Assembly: GCA_963771355.1 (NCBI GenBank)
Contig: CAVYTA010000005.1
Location: 416,001-480,000 of the forward strand
DNA: 64,000 bases
Direction of reading: 5' to 3'
From: an uncultured Candidatus Rokubacteria bacterium
GTDB taxonomy: Bacteria; Methylomirabilota; Methylomirabilia; Rokubacteriales; CSP1-6
The position numbers and the translations under genes were made by a program. Shown one piece after another: positions 28,261 to 37,280 of this stretch; the first letter of the stretch is position 1; each line of letters opens with the position of its first letter. Below the pieces are notes generated by a model. It made no database searches and had not been told where the DNA came from. It saw nothing but the letters and a program-made list of their open reading frames with translations.

Positions 28261-30588
28261 TCACCGCCGCGGACCCGGCCAGCGTCCGGTGGCCTGCAGG
28301 AGATCGAAGATCCGCGATGAGGTGACCGGCGGGCGATCCACCTCCACGCCGTAGTCGGCGAGCGCGTCCTCCGCCGCGTTGGCCACCGCGGCGGCGACGG
28401 GAATGACCCCGCTCTCGCCCACGCCCTTGATCCCCAGCGGGTTGATCGCCGACGGGAAATCGAGATGGACCACCTCCAGCGGAGGCATGTCCGCCGCGCG
28501 CGGCATCGGATAGTCCATGAGGGTGCCGGTGAGGAGCTGGCCCGCGTCGTCGTAGATCAGCGCCTCGCCGAGCGCGCTGCCGAGGCCCTGGGCGATGCCG
28601 CCGTGGAGCTGGCCCTCCACGATCACCGGGTTGATGGGGCGTCCGCAGTCGTGCATGGCGGCGAGCTTGAGCAGCGAGATCGCGCACGTGTCGAGATCGA
28701 TCTCGAGGACGATACCCTGCACGCCGAAGGCCCAGGTCACCGTGTCGGGATAGAAGAAGGCGCAGGCGCTGAGCCCCGGGCCGCCCGCCTCGGCCACCGC
28801 GCGGCTCCGCACCGCGGCGCGCGCGACCTGGCCGAGCGTCACGCTCTGGCCCGGCACGCCGCGGACGTGCACGCGCCCGTCGGCGAGCACGACGTCCTCC
28901 GGCGCGCACTCGAAGAGCTCGGCCCCCACCAGCCGCGCCTTCTGCGCCACCTGCGCGGCGGAGCGCTGCACTGCGGGCCCGCCCACCGCGGCCACGCGGC
29001 TGGCGATGGTCCCCATGCCGTAGCCCACGAGGCTGGTGTCGCCGCCCACCACCATGACCGATTCGAGCGGCACCGCCAGCTCATCGGCGGCGATCTGGGC
29101 GAGCGTGGTCTCGTGCCCCTGGCCCTGCGCGCAGACGCCCAGGTGCACGAACACGGTGCCGTCGGGGTCCACCCGGATGTCGGCGCCCTCGAAGGGCCCG
29201 AGGCCGGTGCCCTCGACGTAGGCGCAGAGGCCGATGCCGAGGGGCCGCGCGCTCCCGCGGCGCTTCGCCTGCTCCCGGCGCCACCCTGCGTAGTCGAGGG
29301 TCGCGAGCAGCCGATCGAAGGCGGCGGGGTAGTCGGCGGGATCGTAGATGATCGGCGCGCCGTCACGGTAGGTGAGGCCGGTGGGGCAGGGCATCTCGTC
29401 GGGGCGAATCAGGTTCATGCGGCGCAGCGCGGCCGGATCCATGCCGAGCCGCCGCGCCGCGCGGTCGAGCAGCCGATCCAGGACGAACGCGGCCTCGGGG
29501 CGCCCCGCCCCGCGGTATGCCGCCGCGAACGTCTTGTGGGTGAGCACGTTGCGCCCGACCCCGCGATAGTGCGGCACTCGATAGGGCCCCGGCAGGTGAT
29601 TGATCGTGTTGAGCGTGATGGCTTCACCCAGCGTGGGCGCGGCCCCGTGATCGCGCGTGAAGACGGTCTCGATCCCCACGATGCGGCCGTCGCGCTCGAG
29701 CCCGATCCGCGCCTCGTGGACCTGGTCGCGGTCGCCGGCGGCGGTGAGGCAGTGCTCGGTGCGGGTCTCCACCCACTTCACCGGACGGCCGAGGCGCCGG
29801 GCCACCACGGGGACGAGAATCTCCTCGGGGTAGACGTGGCCCTTGACGCCGAAGCCGCCGCCCACGTCGGGCACGATCACCCGGATGCGCTCCTCGGGCA
29901 GGCGGACCACCGGCGCGATGCCGCTGCGCACGGCGAACGGCACCTGGGTCGACGTCCACACCGTCAGGCCGCCGCTGATGGGATCGGGCGCGGCCAGCAC
30001 GCCGCGCGTCTCGAGCGGCATGCCCGCCACGCGCGGGTAGGCCAGGCGGGCGGAGACGACGACGGGCGCCGCGGCCAGCGCCTCCGCCGGGTTGCCCTTG
30101 GCGCTCGTGGACACGCCGGCCAGGTTGTCGGGCCACTCCTCGTTCACGCGCGGGGCCCCGGGCGCGGTGGCCGCCTCGGGCGAGATCGCGGCGGCCAGCG
30201 GCTCGTAGGTGACCGCCACCCGCTCGACGCCGTCGGCGGCCGCATACGGATCGCGCGCCACCACCACGGCCACCGCCTCGCCGACGTGACGCACCCGGTG
30301 GCCGGCCAGGATCGGATGGATGTAGGTCCGGCCCTTGGGCTCCGGCACGAGGGGCGGCACCGTGGCGGTCGCCAGCTCCGGCAGGTCGCCGAGCGTCCAC
30401 ACCACCACCACGCCGGGCAGCGCGCGCGCGGCCTCGGCGTCGACCCCCAGCACCCGCGCGTGGGCGTGCGGGCTCCGCACGACGGCCAGGTGGAGGAGGC
30501 CATCGAGCTGCAGGTCGTCGAGATAGCGGCCGTGGCCGGTGACGAAGCGGCCGTCTTCCTTCCGCTTCGGCGAGGCGCCGACCAGCAT
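28261..30588 (-). CDS. Xanthine dehydrogenase family molybdopterin-binding subunit (CoxL form II-like)
   Basis: VGGGFGVKG, AYRGAGR active-site loop, QGQGHET, GIKGVGESG. Confidence 0.9.
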   Translation of the reverse strand: MLVGASPKRKEDGRFVTGHGRYLDDLQLDGLLHLAVVRSPHAHARVLGVDAEAARALPGVVVVWTLGDLPELATATVPPLVPEPKGRTYIHPILAGHRVRHVGEAVAVVVARDPYAAADGVERVAVTYEPLAAAISPEAATAPGAPRVNEEWPDNLAGVSTSAKGNPAEALAAAPVVVSARLAYPRVAGMPLETRGVLAAPDPISGGLTVWTSTQVPFAVRSGIAPVVRLPEERIRVIVPDVGGGFGVKGHVYPEEILVPVVARRLGRPVKWVETRTEHCLTAAGDRDQVHEARIGLERDGRIVGIETVFTRDHGAAPTLGEAITLNTINHLPGPYRVPHYRGVGRNVLTHKTFAAAYRGAGRPEAAFVLDRLLDRAARRLGMDPAALRRMNLIRPDEMPCPTGLTYRDGAPIIYDPADYPAAFDRLLATLDYAGWRREQAKRRGSARPLGIGLCAYVEGTGLGPFEGADIRVDPDGTVFVHLGVCAQGQGHETTLAQIAADELAVPLESVMVVGGDTSLVGYGMGTIASRVAAVGGPAVQRSAAQVAQKARLVGAELFECAPEDVVLADGRVHVRGVPGQSVTLGQVARAAVRSRAVAEAGGPGLSACAFFYPDTVTWAFGVQGIVLEIDLDTCAISLLKLAAMHDCGRPINPVIVEGQLHGGIAQGLGSALGEALIYDDAGQLLTGTLMDYPMPRAADMPPLEVVHLDFPSAINPLGIKGVGESGVIPVAAAVANAAEDALADYGVEVDRPPVTSSRIFDLLQATGRWPGPRR

Positions 30589-30612
30589 CAGGGGGCGAAC
30601 CGGAGGCGCCGG

Positions 30613-31125
30613 CTAGCCGCGGGAGGGCGCCGCGCGGAGGTGCTCGTCGCGGCGGGACTGGAGATCGCCGTCGGTGTACGTCATGAGCTCGGGCTTGGCC
30701 TTGCCCAGCATCACCTGGAGATACGCCGGCTCGAGCCCCACGTTGGTGAAGCCGTGGATGACGTTGGCGGGGCACGAGATGCAGTCCCACCGGCCGAGCA
30801 CCGTCTCCGCGCGATTGCCGGCCCCGTCCTCGATGAACACCAGCACCTTGCCCTCGAGGATGAAGAAGGCCTCCTCGACCTCGTGGGTGTGCGGCGCGTT
30901 GCCCTGACCGGGCGGGACGAACATCACGGAGAGCGTGAAGTGCTGCGCCGGGATCACCGTGGCGTCGGTCTTGCCGGAGGCGCCGGAGCCGATGAAGCGG
31001 TGCTGCGCGCGCTTGAAGCCTTCCACGCGCGCGTCGGCGAAGGCATCCCAGTCGGCGCGGCGGTCGGTGAAGCGCGCCACGTGGGTGCGGAGCGTCTCGT
31101 CCAGGGACGGCGCGGTCTGGGTCAT
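30613..31125 (-). CDS. Cupin domain protein
   Basis: PHTHEVEEAFFILEG and PANVIHGFTN cupin motifs; GGGAGG RBS. Confidence 0.85.
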   Translation of the reverse strand: MTQTAPSLDETLRTHVARFTDRRADWDAFADARVEGFKRAQHRFIGSGASGKTDATVIPAQHFTLSVMFVPPGQGNAPHTHEVEEAFFILEGKVLVFIEDGAGNRAETVLGRWDCISCPANVIHGFTNVGLEPAYLQVMLGKAKPELMTYTDGDLQSRRDEHLRAAPSRG

Positions 31126-31979
31126 GTCGGTCTTCCTCCCGGGGGCCCCAGTCTAGTCGCTCCGCATCGGAGCCGCAAGACGCCGCGTCGCCTCAATCGA
31201 GGCAAAAGCCGCTTGCGCTCGGCGGGTGTCCAGGCCACGGGCTCCTGCACCGCACGCGCGCACCAGCTCCGAGCCGCCTCGCAGGCCCAGAGGAACGCCT
31301 CCTTGGCCGCGTCCAACCGGCCGGCCCGCGCATGGACCGTGCCCACGGCATAGCGCTGGAGACCGCAGAGGCCGCGGTCGGCGGCGCGGCACCGATGCTC
31401 GGCGAGCACGCGCGCCGCGTTTTCCTCCCGCCGCGTGGGCGGCGCGGCGGGCGAGCGCTCGGCGGACTCGAGGAGCGCGGTGGAGACCACGCCACAGGCG
31501 TCGTCATTCCCATTCCGGCAGGGTCGGAGTCGCGCATCGTCGGCCACGAGCCACACGATGGCCAGCACGAGCGCGGCGGCGAGGCCTCCGAGAGGAACGA
31601 GGTCGATCGCGCCGAAGGCGGGGGCGCTCCGGGCGCGGCGCAGGAGAAGGAAGAGCAGCACGACACCGGCCGCGGCGAGGGCGAAGTTCAGCAGGTAGAC
31701 GTGGGCGACGAGGCGGTCGTCCGCATGGTCACGCGCGCCGCTCCCGACGAAGAGCCGAGCCACCATCACGCCGATGACGACCAGGTAGGCACCCAGTCCC
31801 ACCCGCGCGAGGAGGTGGGCGGCGCGCGCGCGGAGGCCCAGGCCGGCCCCGATCCCGATGAGCAGGACGCCCAGGGCGAGAAACGGAGGCTCGCGCTCGA
31901 TCGACGCGTCCCCGGCCCACACGTAGCGAAGGCAGGCCAGGCCGGCCAGCACGAGGAGTGCGCTGACGAATAGGTGCAC
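31122..31979 (-). CDS. Membrane protein with Cys-rich helical-repeat C-terminus
   Basis: About 5 N-terminal TM segments, then C..G..AC / ACE...WC repeats; leaderless GTG 7 nt after GATAAT; 3' end uncertain. Confidence 0.55.
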   Translation of the reverse strand: MHLFVSALLVLAGLACLRYVWAGDASIEREPPFLALGVLLIGIGAGLGLRARAAHLLARVGLGAYLVVIGVMVARLFVGSGARDHADDRLVAHVYLLNFALAAAGVVLLFLLLRRARSAPAFGAIDLVPLGGLAAALVLAIVWLVADDARLRPCRNGNDDACGVVSTALLESAERSPAAPPTRREENAARVLAEHRCRAADRGLCGLQRYAVGTVHARAGRLDAAKEAFLWACEAARSWCARAVQEPVAWTPAERKRLLPRLRRRGVLRLRCGATRLGPPGGRPT

Positions 31980-32190
31980 CGGAGCGATTATCCCTTAGAG
32001 TTTTCGGCCAGGGTGCCCCTGTGTGCCTGGGCACCCTGGTGTCTGGGTTATCAGCTATTTAAAGCCTGGCCGGGTTCACCGGCACACGCCAGCCCACACC
32101 CAAATACAGCGCCAACGGGGCAAAATGGGGGCAGGAAATCTAACCAGCCTGGGCAAGGGGGGGCGTCGTCATAGGTCGAGTCGCGGGGTC

Positions 32191-32873
32191 ATGAGCGACG
32201 CGATATGGCTCTTCGGCCGGGGCGCCTCGATAGCGTGCGGCCTACCATGGGCGGTGCCGTTCACGGTCGACGCGCTCCCGCCTCGGGACGCGCGCGTGGC
32301 GGCCATTCGCGAAGGCATGCGCGCCGCCATGCACGGGCCGGGCGTTGACACGGCCCCCTATGTCACGCTCCTGGCCCTACTAGAAACGCGCACGTCGCCC
32401 GCGTGGCGCCATCTGTTCATGACGACCAATTGGGACACGCTCCTCGACGATGAAGTCGAAGCCAAATGCCCGGCAGTCGTCCCGCCGTGGCTCAAGTCGA
32501 CCTTCGTGTTTTCGACGTAGCGACATTCTTCTCGAAACGGATTCAGAGAGCGATCGCGCGAAGAGCCAGGAATATGAACAGGCGAAGGCTCACTTGAAGT
32601 GGACGGATGCCGTAGATTGTTGTCGGAATGTCGTTTCGGTGTGAAACGGATCGGGCCTTGCTGGATAGAGCTCAGGACCGTGAACAGTTGCCGATCGAGT
32701 GCGCGCGCTGGCTCGTCGTCGACTCCGACCCTTGCGGGCTACGTCGGGTGTCGGACAGGATTCAGTCGAGGTTCCCGGGCGCGGACGTGCGCGCGGTGGC
32801 GCGGGACTTCGCGTCGTGGGTCGAGAGCGGGTTGAGCGAATTACGCGCGGTCGGCATCCTGAATCCCGCCTAG
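32191..32873 (+). pseudogene. SIR2-like domain protein, frameshifted
   Basis: WLFGRGAS (GxGxS) and FMTTNWD (TTNxD) motifs, later IVVGMSF..D; spread over three frames and lacking the central His-Gly motif. Confidence 0.6.
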
Positions 32874-33054
32874 GGCGCCGCCGCTACTTCCGCCCGAGCC
32901 ACACCCACCAGAGCGAGCCGCCAATCGTCAGGAGCCCTAGCCAGAATTGGCGGAAGATCCCGGCGCCCGCGCGCAGTCTAGCCGCGCCGCGCGGCCATAG
33001 CGTTCTCAGACCGCCGCCGCGGCGGTAGGCGGGGCGGGAGGCTCAGTCCCGCGG

Positions 33055-33720
33055 TCAGCCTGCTGCGTTCGCAGCTTCCCGGCATGGGACCAGCTCGACC
33101 GTGTCGCCGACCCGGATCTCGCCCCCTCGAATCACGTGGCAGTTCAGCGCGAGCTCGCCTCCGAATTCCTTGACGATGTGTCTCAGCACCTTGGGGTCTT
33201 GCGCCAAGGTGTCGGGGTCGAACGTCGTCATGACGCACCTGCCCCGAAGGTCCTGCACGCCGATCAGGACCTCGCCTACGCGCAGGCAGTGGCCGGGCCA
33301 CGAGCGCTCGGCGAGACCTTCGACATCGCCGACGACGATGTTGGGCCTGAGTCGGCGGCCATCGTATCCGAACTGGGCGATTGCGCCATCGGTGGCGACG
33401 AGCAGGGGGAGCACATCGAACCGGTCGGCCGTCTCGTCGCGGACGAGTCGCGCCCCCTGGCCAACGATGCCCACGACACTCTGACGCGCCTGAGGGTGAG
33501 TCCACGGCGCGCCGTCCACCAGCGGTTCGCCGGAGTCGGCAAGGAAGGCGCGGTGACCGAGGAGCTGGGGATGCGTCCGCGCGGTGACGACACGACCGCG
33601 GACATCCTCGACGTGGACCACGCGGTCGCCCTCGATGCCGAGCGCGTCGAGTCGAGCGCCGTCCAGCCGCTCGCCGGCCATCGACTTCACCGGGTACCTC
33701 CAGAGCTCGACTATCTTCAT
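33055..33720 (-). CDS. MOSC domain-containing protein
   Basis: LWRYPVKSMAGE, RRLRPNIVV, RCVMTT, GEIRVGD. Confidence 0.9.
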   Translation of the reverse strand: MKIVELWRYPVKSMAGERLDGARLDALGIEGDRVVHVEDVRGRVVTARTHPQLLGHRAFLADSGEPLVDGAPWTHPQARQSVVGIVGQGARLVRDETADRFDVLPLLVATDGAIAQFGYDGRRLRPNIVVGDVEGLAERSWPGHCLRVGEVLIGVQDLRGRCVMTTFDPDTLAQDPKVLRHIVKEFGGELALNCHVIRGGEIRVGDTVELVPCREAANAAG

Positions 33721-33801
33721 ACTGGTTGGACGCTCGCGTAGGCCGGAAGGGTTCAAGCGATCGCCGGCGGAGCGGGAGGCGCCGCCGCGGGCCGGAGCGC
33801 G

Positions 33802-34115
33802 CCGTCTTGGCCATCCTGGCGGCCTGGAAGAGCCGGCGCGCCCTCGGCTGCGACTTCGTGTTTCATGATGGCGGCCGGAGCCACTCCTACGCCGGACTCT
33901 GGTCGGCCTGGACCCGCGCGTGTCGCGCGGCCAAGGTCGCCAATCTCAACCTGCACGATTTCCGCCGGGCCGCGTACGACGAGTGCTCGGCGGCTGGGCT
34001 CGACGTGCACGAGGCGATGGAATTGATCGGCCATCGCAACATCGCCACCGCCGCGACGGAGCCTCGCGCGGCTCGAACAGCATCGCGCACAGGTCAACGG
34101 CGCGGCGCCGCGTGA
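33802..34115 (+). pseudogene. Tyrosine recombinase C-terminal fragment
   Basis: WTRACRAAKV..LHDFRR (HxxR) and MELIGHR box; the catalytic Tyr region and N-terminus are absent. Confidence 0.75.
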
Positions 34116-34227
34116 TTATCCCCATAGGTCGGTCCGCAACAGGGGCAAAATGGGGGCAACGCCGCTCCGTAGTCAGACAAATTAATACGTTCCAGCCCCG
34201 ATAAGATTATCCCTTAGAGTCTCGCTG

Positions 34228-35271
34228 ATGCGTGCCATCTCCGTTGCCCTCGCTCTCTTCCTTGCCGCTTGCTCGGAGGCGCCGCCGCCGGTCACCGCGA
34301 TCCGGGTGCTCGAGGTCTCGGGTCTTCAGCCGGTGGTGAACGCCGTCGGGCTGAGCCCGGACGGCGGCCGCGTGGTCGTCGGTGATGTCGACGGCGAGCT
34401 GATCGCCCGTGAGGTGCCTACGGGCGCCGAGCGGTGGAAGATTCGCGTGCACTCGCGCGGGTCCGCGCGGCGTATCGACGGGGTGTTCTTCTCCCCCGAC
34501 GGGTCCTTGCTCGTCACGACGGGGCACGATGCCCGGACGCTCGAGGTCTGGGACGCGGCGACGGGGCGGGCCGCTGCGGTGCTCGACATCGGGAAGAGCC
34601 GCGGCGTCGCCTTCCACCCCACCGAGCGCATGCTCGCCGTCGCGGCGGCGGCCACCATCCACGTGGTGGACCTCGACCGCAAGGAGGTCGTCCGCACCCT
34701 GCCCAACGCGCACGCGGCCGACGCCGTCTACGCGATTGCCTTCTCCGCCGATGGGCAGGTGCTGGCGTCGATCTCCGACCAGGGGTCCTTCAAGCTCTGG
34801 AGCTGGCCGGCCCTCTTGCTTCGCTCCTCAATCACGATGTCGAGCGGGCTCGAGTCCATGGCCCCCGTCTCGCTCGCGCTGACCCGTCACGGCACACGCG
34901 CCGCCGCGAACGGCATCCTCGGCCGGGTGCACGTGGTGGACACCGCGAAGGGCCGCGAGGACCGCACCTTCGCCAACGCGCCCGAGGCACCGGGACACGC
35001 CATGCACGCGGAGCTGCGCTACTCGCTGGCGTTCACGGAGGACGGTGACTGGCTGTTCGCGCCTGATACGCACGACCGGGGCCTGCGTATCCTGCACGTG
35101 CCGAGCGGCAAGACGTATCCCGTGCTGCAGGGGGAGGGGCCCTTCTACAAGGCGGTGTCGCTCGCCTTGCCCGCGAGCATGGTCGCCTTCTTGCGGCCGG
35201 GAGACGGCCAGGGCCGCGGCCCCTACGGCCTGGAGGTGTGGCGCCTGACCTATCAGGGGAAGCCGCGATGA
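34228..35271 (+). CDS. WD40/beta-propeller lipoprotein
   Basis: Lipobox LAAC; repeats FSPDG..L.T.G.D..L.VWD, AFHP, AFSADG..LKLW. Confidence 0.8.
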   Translation: MRAISVALALFLAACSEAPPPVTAIRVLEVSGLQPVVNAVGLSPDGGRVVVGDVDGELIAREVPTGAERWKIRVHSRGSARRIDGVFFSPDGSLLVTTGHDARTLEVWDAATGRAAAVLDIGKSRGVAFHPTERMLAVAAAATIHVVDLDRKEVVRTLPNAHAADAVYAIAFSADGQVLASISDQGSFKLWSWPALLLRSSITMSSGLESMAPVSLALTRHGTRAAANGILGRVHVVDTAKGREDRTFANAPEAPGHAMHAELRYSLAFTEDGDWLFAPDTHDRGLRILHVPSGKTYPVLQGEGPFYKAVSLALPASMVAFLRPGDGQGRGPYGLEVWRLTYQGKPR

Positions 35272-35278
35272 GCCAGGA

Positions 35279-36373
35279 CTATGGCCGCGCGATCCGCCAG
35301 ACCTCGACGGCGTAGCTCAACCGGCCCTCGCTTGCCGACGGCGTGACCACCGCGAAGGCCGTCGCGTCGTCGGTGATGGCGACGGTCGCGTAGGCCTTCG
35401 GTCCCGAGGTCAGGAACCGCGACCTCTTGCGGGACACGTCGATGTGCCGCATGCCGTAGCGGTCGCCCGCAGGAGCGAGCAGCCCGCCGTCGCGCCCGAA
35501 TCGCAGCGAGCCGGGGGGCGGGCCGCCCGCCTCGCCGTCCGCGTGGTCGAACAGCGGCTTGCCGGTCGCCACGTCCCACACGTAGACCGTGCCTTCGATC
35601 GTGACGGCGGCCGCGCGCGAGCCATCGCTCGAGAGCGCGACCACCACCGCCCAGACCTCCGGAGGCTCGAGGCCACGCGGCAGCGGGCCCGGTCGCCGTG
35701 ATTTTCCGACCGAGAAGCTGCGCACCGGCGTCGCCGTCGCCGCGTCCCGCACCGTCACCTCGCCGTCGTGGCCCGCGGTCATCAGGCGCCCCCCGTCCGC
35801 GGACAGGTCGAAGGCCGTCAACACCTCGCGGTGCGGGTTCGGCACGCGCAACACCACCTGCATCGAGGCGACGTCGACGATCAGCGCCTCACTCTCGCAC
35901 AGCACGGCGAGGCGTGCCCCCGAGCCGTCGAAGCGCAGCGCGAGACTGCGGTCCATGGGCAGCGCCGCCGCCTCCGTCCACGCGCCCGGGCCGGCACGGT
36001 CGTCGGGCCGCCACAGCCGCAGCTTGCCCTCGCGATGGCGACCGAGCGATGCGAGCAGGCGGCCGTCGGGCGAGAACGCGAGGTCGACGACGGCCTGCCG
36101 GTAGTCGCCGAGGGACACCGGCGTCGGCTCTCCGGCCGTGGCCCACACCCGGATCTGCCCGCCGCGCTCGCCCGTGGCCACGAGCCCCGCGTCCGGGGCC
36201 AGCGCGAGGGAGTCGACCAGGCCGCGCGGGGAGTTCACCGCGTCGAGCGTCGCGATCCGCGTCGCCATCGGCGATCCCCCGGGCGCATCGCGGCTGCAGC
36301 CGACCAGGGCCATCCCGCCGATGACCAGGGCGAGGCATGTCTCGCGAAGCGGGGTGCGCCGCACGAGAAGCAT
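35279..36373 (-). CDS. WD40/beta-propeller lipoprotein
   Basis: Lipobox LVGC; repeats LAFSPDGRLLAS, GQIRVW, GTVYVWD. Confidence 0.8.
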   Translation of the reverse strand: MLLVRRTPLRETCLALVIGGMALVGCSRDAPGGSPMATRIATLDAVNSPRGLVDSLALAPDAGLVATGERGGQIRVWATAGEPTPVSLGDYRQAVVDLAFSPDGRLLASLGRHREGKLRLWRPDDRAGPGAWTEAAALPMDRSLALRFDGSGARLAVLCESEALIVDVASMQVVLRVPNPHREVLTAFDLSADGGRLMTAGHDGEVTVRDAATATPVRSFSVGKSRRPGPLPRGLEPPEVWAVVVALSSDGSRAAAVTIEGTVYVWDVATGKPLFDHADGEAGGPPPGSLRFGRDGGLLAPAGDRYGMRHIDVSRKRSRFLTSGPKAYATVAITDDATAFAVVTPSASEGRLSYAVEVWRIARP

Positions 36374-36382
36374 TCTAGGCGG

Positions 36383-37268
36383 CTACAACGCGTCGAGCAC
36401 GCGGGCGGCGAAGCGCCGCAGCTCGACCCGCTCGGCGCCGAGGGCCTCGAACTTGAGAATCATCGCCGTTCCGTGCCTGTGCGCGACCACGACGACGGTC
36501 CAGCCACTGGCGCCGGAAAAGGCGCCGGCGCCGAGCGCGGGCTCCTCCTCGAGCTGCATGCGGCGATTGGCGTCCGCCTCTCGCCGCGCGGCGTCGACAT
36601 AAGCGGGGCCGGCCGGGGAGGCGACGATCGTGAGGGAGATCGTCCTGGAGCCGTCGGTGCGATCCAGCGCGCAGCTCGAGCCGGGGGTGGACGCCCGGTG
36701 CGGCGCCGGCCGTGCCTGTGTCGGGCCGCCGAGCAGGCGGTCGACGCCGGCCCCGCGCAGGATGTCGCAGGGGTCGAGGGCGGCAGGGGTGGGAGTGGCA
36801 CGTGTCGGCGCGAGCGTCAGCACCACCAGCTTGCGCCGAGGACCGAAGTCCTCGGGACGGCGGTCGACGCCCGTCGTAGAAGGCCAGGCGCAGCTCGTCC
36901 CCCTGTCGCGCCCAGATGATCCAGAGCGGCCGCTCCCCGGGCGGGTCGAGCGGGGTGACGTGGAACGCCGGTGGCTCAGCGGTCGCGTCGAAGGACACCG
37001 CCGCGCGCAGGCGCTCGCCGGGCACGCTCTGCACGACGAGCTCGGCCCCGCGAAACGTCCAGGTGGCATTCAGCAGCTTGCCGTCCGCCCGCGCCACGCC
37101 GTTCACGGCCGCCTGCGCCACGGTCCAGGAGCCCTCGAGCGCGGTCACGCTGCTCGCGCGGGCCGGCCCGGCGCCGGCGGCGAGCCCGAAAGCCATCAGG
37201 ACGATGGCGCCGGCCGCGCTCCCTCCCCAGATGGAGATCAGACGCAGCGTGGGGCAGGCGGCCAGCAC
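36383..37268 (-). CDS. Secreted protein with TIGR03067-like domain (one frameshift near 36873)
   Basis: LEGSWTV..NG..WTFRG..D...PP.....IW...GDELRLAF, then RPEDF in the adjacent frame; start uncertain. Confidence 0.6.
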
Positions 37269-37280
37269 GCGGTCGCGGGC

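Larger units (their letters stand above)
31986..34220. mobile_element. Decayed tyrosine-integrase element bounded by 16-bp direct repeats
   Basis: GATTATCCCTTAGAGT at 31986-32001 and 34205-34220; GGGGCAAAATGGGGGCA at 32117-32133 and 34142-34158; internal integrase fragment. Confidence 0.75.

Noticed and set aside
28261..30588. Aerobic CO dehydrogenase (form I coxL)
   Set aside because: The active-site loop is AYRGAGR, not AYxCSFR, and there are no coxS/coxM or accessory genes.
28465..31353. Very long antisense ORFs (also 13550..16000, 24537..26966, 44004..46331, 48359..50854, 6993..9092)
   Set aside because: Shadow or off-frame ORFs of well-supported genes in GC-rich DNA; no recognisable motifs.
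33726..34115. Functional integrase or integron integrase
   Set aside because: Only the HxxR/GH region remains, there is no catalytic Tyr, and no attC cassettes were seen.
34194..34221. dif/Xer site
   Set aside because: An ATAA half-site is present but there is no TTATGTTAAAT-like XerD arm at 6-bp spacing; better explained as the att core/promoter.
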